From contig DASWKR010000083.1 of the NCBI GenBank assembly GCA_036396535.1, positions 17,492 to 81,491 on the forward strand: a stretch of 64,000 nt of DNA. The letters run 5' to 3'. This document shows, one piece after another, positions 58,478 to 64,000 of this stretch. Below the pieces are notes generated by a model that was not told the origin of the DNA, ran no database searches, and saw only the letters and a program-made list of their open reading frames with translations. A program made the translations under genes and the position numbers. The stretch comes from Acidimicrobiia bacterium (lineage in GTDB: Bacteria; Actinomycetota; Acidimicrobiia; Spongiisociales; UBA5794). Numbering within the stretch: position 1 is the stretch's first letter; every line of letters starts with the position of its first letter.

Positions 58478-60085
58478 TTACGGCTCGTAGAGGTCGAGGG
58501 TCACAGCGACGATCTGTCCGTCCGCGTCGACGAAGAGGTCGATCGAATACCAGTCGATACAACTCACGGCATCCAACGGCTGCGTACTGATCCTCAGGTA
58601 TCCGTCGAGCCCACCGGGAGTACCGGTCGGTTCCGCTGCACATCGGGGATGTTCGCCGGTCACCGTGCGTCGGATGTCTTCGGAGGCGAGCAGGTCGATG
58701 AGCGAGACCGTGCCCGCTCTCGCCCTGAAGCCGTCAGCGCCGAGCACCCAGCGCGACGGATTTGCAAGATCGGCCCGCGGAATCGTCTCGACGATGTCGA
58801 TGCCCAATCCGAGCGACACCTCAGGCGCCAGGGGGACACTGTCGAACGCTCCGGCGGCTCGGGAGAAGTCGACGAGCGCTTGCATGATCGCCGCTTCCGC
58901 CTCAGTTGCCGCTCGAGAGTCGTCGACGGGCCCCTCTTGTCCCGGAGGCTGCGTCGTCGCGCCGCCGGAGCTCGCCAGCATCGTGACAGGGTGACTCACG
59001 ATGTCGATGCGGCGTCCATCCTCCGCCGAGTGGGTGAACACGGTGACGAGGCCCTCGGTGTCGGCGTCGAGCGTGTAGTCGATGTCGATCGAGTAGTCGC
59101 CCCAGCAGCCGGTGCCGCACGTGGCGGTGGCGAAGCCATCGGCGATCACCGTTCCGTCTGCGGTCACCTCGTACGCCACAGTTGCCTCGAAAACGTCGGC
59201 GATGCCTGTGATGGTGAACGGCGAGCCGACCGTGGCCCCGACCGCAGGTGCGTCGACGAAGACCTGGCCGACGATCCCCTGGTCGAGGTAGTCGGCTCTG
59301 ACCACCGGTCCGTCGAGGACGATGCCCTCGCCCGAGAACACCTCCACGGGCTCGCCGTCGATCTCGAAGACGACCTCGGTGGCCTCGGGGAACTGGGTGG
59401 CCGTGAACACGACCTGCGTGAGCCTGGCGAACATGGTGGCCGATCCGCCACCCGCCTCGAATGTCGAGCTGAGGTCGATCGTGAGGCGCGTGTCTGCCGA
59501 GGCGTCACCCGCCCCGGCCTCGCCGAGCGTGACGCCCAGCACCTCTGTGTCCGGCGGGATCTCGGATGCGAGCGACGGGTACAGGGCGATCTCGTCTGCC
59601 GTCGGCCCTGCCACGAGGGCGTGGATCGCAGCGCGCAGATAATCGCCGTTGGTTGCCTCGTCGACGGGGATTCCGTCGGCGACGAGCGGCACCACGAGTC
59701 GGTGCACCGGGACGAGCACGGGGGCCGGGTCCTCGGGAGACACCGGGTCCCCCACGAAGTACAGCGTCACGGGTGTCGGCTCACCGTTCGGCGGGGTGAC
59801 GATCGTCGTGTCGGGCGTCGTGGTCGGCACGGGCGTCGTGACCGGCGGCGCCGGCTCCGTCGACAGCCTGCTGACCAACAGCGGGATGCCGACGATCAGC
59901 AGCACCGCGGCAGCCGCGAAGCCGACGAGCAGCAGTGGAGAGCGCCTCCGGGGTGGGGTGGACTGGGACGATGGGGAAGGTCGCAACTGGACCATGGTCT
60001 CCTCCGGGAACGGGGGAGCCTCCGGAGCCATCTGGATGAGACGGTACGTCAGCTCGCGCATCTTGGTGTCGTGTCGATCACTCAT
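58478..60085 (-). CDS. Single-pass membrane protein with GerMN and Gmad2 (Ig-like) domains; candidate anti-sigma/sensor
   Basis: Short cytoplasmic N-terminus, TM, PT linker, ALVAGPT...LTQVVFTATQF (GerMN), GIADVFEATV...CGTGCWG (Gmad2). Confidence 0.8.
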   Translation of the reverse strand: MSDRHDTKMRELTYRLIQMAPEAPPFPEETMVQLRPSPSSQSTPPRRRSPLLLVGFAAAAVLLIVGIPLLVSRLSTEPAPPVTTPVPTTTPDTTIVTPPNGEPTPVTLYFVGDPVSPEDPAPVLVPVHRLVVPLVADGIPVDEATNGDYLRAAIHALVAGPTADEIALYPSLASEIPPDTEVLGVTLGEAGAGDASADTRLTIDLSSTFEAGGGSATMFARLTQVVFTATQFPEATEVVFEIDGEPVEVFSGEGIVLDGPVVRADYLDQGIVGQVFVDAPAVGATVGSPFTITGIADVFEATVAYEVTADGTVIADGFATATCGTGCWGDYSIDIDYTLDADTEGLVTVFTHSAEDGRRIDIVSHPVTMLASSGGATTQPPGQEGPVDDSRAATEAEAAIMQALVDFSRAAGAFDSVPLAPEVSLGLGIDIVETIPRADLANPSRWVLGADGFRARAGTVSLIDLLASEDIRRTVTGEHPRCAAEPTGTPGGLDGYLRISTQPLDAVSCIDWYSIDLFVDADGQIVAVTLDLYEP

Positions 60086-60530
60086 CGAGCAGCTCCTTGA
60101 GTCGTGCGCGAGCTCGCGCCAAGTGGCGCTTCACCGACCCCTCGGACACACCCAGCCGGGCCGCCGTGTCGGCGGGGGACAGGTCTTCCCAGTACGTGAG
60201 TACCACTGTGGCGCGCTGCTGCACGCTCAGTCGGTCGACCGCTGCGAGCACGTCGACGTCGATGTTCACGGGAGCTGCGGCCTCCGGAGCCGCCGCCTTG
60301 TGCTCCCTGATGCGTCGTCGCATGGTGCTGCGATGATGCGATCGTGCTTGGTTCAGGACCGAGCGGTAGAGATACGCCCTCGGGTTCGACACGGATGGCC
60401 ATCCTTTCGAGCCGAAGGCCCGCAAGCAAGCGTCCGTCACGACGTCTGCTGCGTCGAACGGTCCGACCAGCCCTGTTGCGAAGCGCATCAGGTCGTCGGC
60501 GTACTTGCGGTAGATCTCCTCGTCGGTCAT
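60082..60530 (-). CDS. ECF sigma factor (SigE-like family)
   Basis: AADVVTDAC, AYLYRSVLN, LSVQQRATVVLTYWEDLS, GSVKRHLARAR; stop overlaps the next GTG. Confidence 0.9.
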
Positions 60531-60600
60531 CTCGCCTCTGAGACGCCACAGACGGGGCGTGCGGGTGACGCGTCCCTCGCAAGCTACCCCCGTTGTTTCC

Positions 60601-60648
60601 GTTCCTGCGTCCCTCCATCGCAACGATGCGATGGAGGGACGCAGGAAC
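60601..60648 (-). repeat. REP-like palindromic element, copy 3 (perfect 22-bp stem)
   Basis: GTTCCTGCGTCCCTCCATCGCA-ACGA-TGCGATGGAGGGACGCAGGAAC; the TTCC flank matches the reverse complement of copies 1-2. Confidence 0.88.
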
Positions 60649-60726
60649 AGGCCCCACCAGATCAGCGCTCGTTCGATCACCCCGACCGAATGCCGGACCG
60701 CTCTCGCCCGCTCCTAATCTGGCCCG

Positions 60727-62265
60727 ATGGAGCCGCTGCCGGTGACCGAGGGAGTCCTGTTCACCGATCTGTACCAGCTGACGATGGCGCAGCTGTACTT
60801 CCGCGAAGGCATCCACGAGCGGAAGGCCCAGTTCGACTACTCGTTCCGCAGCTACCCGGATTACGGAACCCACCAAGCCGGGTACTGCGTCTTCGCCGGG
60901 CTCGGCCCGCTGCTCGAGTGGATGGAGGCTGCCCGTTTCGGCGACCGGGAGCTGGCGCTGCTGGCGGGTCAGCTCGGCGTCAAGGGCGACCCCCTGTTCG
61001 GGGACGACTTCCTCGATTGGCTGCGCGCCAACGGCCACTTCGGGCAGATCGAGGTGAGCGCAGTCGCCGAGGGACGGGTGGTCCACCCGTTGGTGCCGGT
61101 GGCGGTGATCACCGGGCCGCTGGCGATGGCCCAGATCCTCGAGACGTCGTTCCTCAATCATTGCAACTACGCGACACTCATCGCCTCGAAGGCGTCGCGG
61201 CTGGCCGACGTCGCCCACGGGCGCCCGATCATCGAGTTCGGCATGCGCCGCGGTCCCGCCGAGGGCGTGAACACGGGCGGGAGGGCGGCCCTCATCGGCG
61301 GCGCCGACTACACGTCGAACGTCGGCATCTCCTATGCGCTCGGCTTCGACCCGAAGGGAACCCACGCCCATTCGATGGTGCAGGCGTTCATGGCCATCGG
61401 CGGCGGTGAGATCGAGGCGTTTCGGGCGTACGCCAGGGAATATCCGGACGACTGCCTCCTGCTCGTCGACACGATCGACACGCTCCGCAGTGGCGTGCCC
61501 CACGCCATCGAGGTGTTCCGGGAACTGCGGGAAGCGGGCCACGAGCCGGTCGGCATTCGCCTCGACTCGGGTGACCTCGCCTATCTGGCGATCCAGTCTG
61601 CGGCCCAACTCGACGCTGCCGGGTTCTCCGACGTCTCGATCGTCCTGTCGAGCAACCTCGACGAGCTGGCGATCTGGCAGATCCTCAGCCAGATCCACGA
61701 CGAGGCTGCCCGCTACGGCGTCGACGCCGGGAAGCTGGCGAGCCGGCTCGTCTACGGGGTCGGCACTCGGCTGCTCACGTCGCACGGCGACCCCGCCCTC
61801 GACGGCGTCTACAAGCTGGTGGCGATCGAGGGGGAGGACGACTGGGTGCCTGCGATCAAGGTGTCCGATACGCCGCAGAAGGTGCCGGCTCCCGGTCAGA
61901 AGCGCCTCTGGAGGGTCACGGACGACCGTGGCTTCGCCACCGCCGACGTGGTCTCCTGCCCGGACGAGGACCTCCGCGAGATGGACTCCATCGTCCTGCG
62001 CCATCCACACCGCGAGGGCGTGTCACGCGCCCTCCATGCCTCACAGATCGCGTCGGTCGAGGAGCTGCTCACACCGGTCTTTCGTGGAGCCGCGACGAGC
62101 GCACCGACGATCGACGAGATGCGGGCGAGGCGCAGGGCCGATGTCGCTCTCCTCGACCCGGGCGTTCGCCGCCTCGTCAACCCGCACGTGTACCACGTCT
62201 CGCTCACGGAGAAGATGAAGGACTTGCAGCTTCGGCTCATCCGCGAGGCGCGTCTCGGCGCCTGA
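60727..62265 (+). CDS. pncB: Nicotinate phosphoribosyltransferase
   Basis: [47 protein letters not shown]. Confidence 0.94.
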   Translation: MEPLPVTEGVLFTDLYQLTMAQLYFREGIHERKAQFDYSFRSYPDYGTHQAGYCVFAGLGPLLEWMEAARFGDRELALLAGQLGVKGDPLFGDDFLDWLRANGHFGQIEVSAVAEGRVVHPLVPVAVITGPLAMAQILETSFLNHCNYATLIASKASRLADVAHGRPIIEFGMRRGPAEGVNTGGRAALIGGADYTSNVGISYALGFDPKGTHAHSMVQAFMAIGGGEIEAFRAYAREYPDDCLLLVDTIDTLRSGVPHAIEVFRELREAGHEPVGIRLDSGDLAYLAIQSAAQLDAAGFSDVSIVLSSNLDELAIWQILSQIHDEAARYGVDAGKLASRLVYGVGTRLLTSHGDPALDGVYKLVAIEGEDDWVPAIKVSDTPQKVPAPGQKRLWRVTDDRGFATADVVSCPDEDLREMDSIVLRHPHREGVSRALHASQIASVEELLTPVFRGAATSAPTIDEMRARRRADVALLDPGVRRLVNPHVYHVSLTEKMKDLQLRLIREARLGA

Positions 62266-62270
62266 CGAGC

Positions 62271-62867
62271 TCAGGCGATCGCGACGCCGCCGGCGACGAG
62301 GTCGGCGATCGCTCGGGAGCCGTCGCCCGGTTCCAGGTCAACGGCCCTGATGCAGTTGGCGAGAACCGTGGTGTCGAACCCGAGTTTGGCGGCGTCGATC
62401 GCCGTGTCCTTCACGCAGTAGTCGGTGGCGAGGCCGACGACGACGACCTTGGCGATCGAGTGCTCCCGGAGCAACGACAGGAGCTCCGTCGGGGACTCCT
62501 CACCCGTCCTCGGATCACGAATGGTGAAGCCCGAGTAGCCGTCCTCCCCACCGACCCCTTTGCGAACCGAGGGCCCGGCCACGAGGAGCGAGCGCTGCAG
62601 CTCGGCACCCCAGGTGTCGGCGACGCAGTGGACCGGCCAGTCCCCCCCGTACTTGGCGAAATGGGGTGTCGCATCCGGGTGCCAATCCTGGGTGTACACG
62701 ACGAAGGCATCCGCCCGCTCGGCTTCCTCGATCTCCTGGTTGATGTACGGGATGGCCTTCTCGCCGTCGCGCACGTAGAGAGATCCGCTGGCGTCCGCGA
62801 AGTCGTTCTGCACGTCGACCACCACGAGTGCCGTGGTGGCGTCGTAGTCAGGTTTCGGAGTCGCCAT
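62271..62867 (-). CDS. pncA: Nicotinamidase/pyrazinamidase
   Basis: VVDVQNDF, TQDWHP, WPVHCV, YSGF, GLATDYCV. Confidence 0.92.
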   Translation of the reverse strand: MATPKPDYDATTALVVVDVQNDFADASGSLYVRDGEKAIPYINQEIEEAERADAFVVYTQDWHPDATPHFAKYGGDWPVHCVADTWGAELQRSLLVAGPSVRKGVGGEDGYSGFTIRDPRTGEESPTELLSLLREHSIAKVVVVGLATDYCVKDTAIDAAKLGFDTTVLANCIRAVDLEPGDGSRAIADLVAGGVAIA

Positions 62868-63327
62868 GCCCCTTGTTCGCCCCCTCCAGCTGTGCCAGCG
62901 CGTCTTCGAGCGTAGCCCACGGCAAGTCGGCGCATTTGATGCGGACCGGGAACTTGCGGACCCCTTGGAGAGCCTCGAGGTCGCCGAGCACGGACCCGGG
63001 TCGCGAGCCGTCGACAGGGTTGTCACCGTCCTCTATGGACATCATCCGCTTGAACTGCCTGGTGAGGTCGGTGATCTCCGGAACGGTCCGGCCGACGATG
63101 GCGTCGGCCATCATCGATCCGGATGCTTGCGAGATCGAGCAGCCGATTCCCTGGATGGCGGCGTCGACGACCTTCCCGTCGTCGACGGCGATGTCGAGTG
63201 AGAACTCGTCCCCGCAAGACGGGTTCTGGCCTTCGGCGTGGATGTGCGGGATGGTGAGAGTGCCCTTGCGGCGCGGGTTGCGGTAGTGGTCGAGGATCAC
63301 CTCGCGATACAACTCATCGAGAGCCAT
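62848..63327 (-). CDS. sufU: SUF system NifU-family scaffold/sulfur transfer protein SufU
   Basis: LYREVILDHY, NPSCGD, GCSISQAS, FPVRIKCA. Confidence 0.93.
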   Translation of the reverse strand: MALDELYREVILDHYRNPRRKGTLTIPHIHAEGQNPSCGDEFSLDIAVDDGKVVDAAIQGIGCSISQASGSMMADAIVGRTVPEITDLTRQFKRMMSIEDGDNPVDGSRPGSVLGDLEALQGVRKFPVRIKCADLPWATLEDALAQLEGANKGHGDSET

Positions 63328-63381
63328 GGGTCCTGGTCACCTCCGCTCTCTGGAACGAAATCGCACATCGAGCATTCCCGG

Positions 63382-63999
63382 TCACCCGACACCGAAGATC
63401 TGGCGGGCACGCATCAGACCCGAGACGAGAGCGTCGACGTCGGAGGGCACGTTGTAGATGTAGAACGAGGCCCGTGCAGTCGACGCGACGTCGAGACGCC
63501 GCATCAGCGGCTTGGCACAGTGGTGGCCTGCGCGGACGGCGACCCCCTGCTCCTCGTCGAGGATCGTCGCCAGGTCATGGGCGTGTATGTCTGCGAGCTC
63601 GAAGCTGACGGCGCCGCCGCGGCTGTCGAGATCGGCAGGCCCGTACACCTTCAGGTCCGGGACTTCTGCGAGGCGCTCGAGGGCATAACGGGTGATCTCG
63701 ATCTCGTGGGCTCGCACGTCGTCCATGCCGACGCCCGTCAGGTAGTCCACTGCCGCCCCGAAGCCGATCGCCCCGGCGATGGGCGGTGTGCCGGCCTCGA
63801 ACTTGTGCGGCAACGGCGCCCAGCGCGATTCGTGGAGCTGCACGTCGCTGATCATCTCTCCGCCTCCCTCGAACGGCTCCATGCGCTCGAGCAGCTCTGC
63901 TCGACCCCACAGGGCACCGACGCCCGTCGGTCCGAGCATCTTGTGGGCGCTGAAGGCGAGGAAGTCGGCACCGAGCGTGTCGACGTCGACGGGAAGGTG
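63382..63999 (-). CDS. sufS: Cysteine desulfurase SufS, C-terminal part (truncated by window end)
   Basis: FSAHKMLGPTG, KFEAGTP, VRAGHHCA, RASFYIYN. Confidence 0.94.
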   Translation of the reverse strand, partial: HLPVDVDTLGADFLAFSAHKMLGPTGVGALWGRAELLERMEPFEGGGEMISDVQLHESRWAPLPHKFEAGTPPIAGAIGFGAAVDYLTGVGMDDVRAHEIEITRYALERLAEVPDLKVYGPADLDSRGGAVSFELADIHAHDLATILDEEQGVAVRAGHHCAKPLMRRLDVASTARASFYIYNVPSDVDALVSGLMRARQIFGVG

Positions 64000-64000
64000 C

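Overview
High-GC (roughly 68-70% by eye) bacterial chromosomal DNA. NucS, an F420-type LLM enzyme, a GerMN protein, an Rv2578c-type radical SAM gene and a Gram-positive-type LexA box point to Actinomycetota; Acidimicrobiia-like is my inference. About 56 genes are readable. Main blocks: (i) an aerobic benzoyl-CoA (box) cluster with no boxA after boxB and a TetR gene in its place; (ii) housekeeping genes (menA, M3 peptidase, heterodimeric ABC exporter, Eis-like acetylase, gltB, fumC, acnA, pncA/pncB, group-2 sigma, UdgB); (iii) SUF Fe-S genes split into three units (sufB; sufD-ferredoxin-sufC; sufS-sufU); (iv) two inteins, both in Fe-S proteins: one in SufB with a decayed LAGLIDADG domain, and one with intact motifs that splits the CxxxCxxC motif of an SOS-box-controlled radical SAM enzyme; (v) a 10-kb surface glycopolymer locus (CDP-ribitol synthase-like, two TagF-like enzymes, Wzm/Wzt, CDP-alcohol phosphotransferase) with two paralogous sulfotransferase-fold proteins; (vi) a 48-bp palindromic repeat family, two copies of which bracket a PadR cassette, and a separate mosaic hairpin repeat cluster at 33.9-34.3 kb; (vii) clear operator palindromes (LexA, CRP/Rex-like, sufB, gltB, PadR) and many apparently leaderless genes. 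I saw no rRNA, tRNA, CRISPR array or transposase. All calls come from reading motifs by eye; no searches were run.
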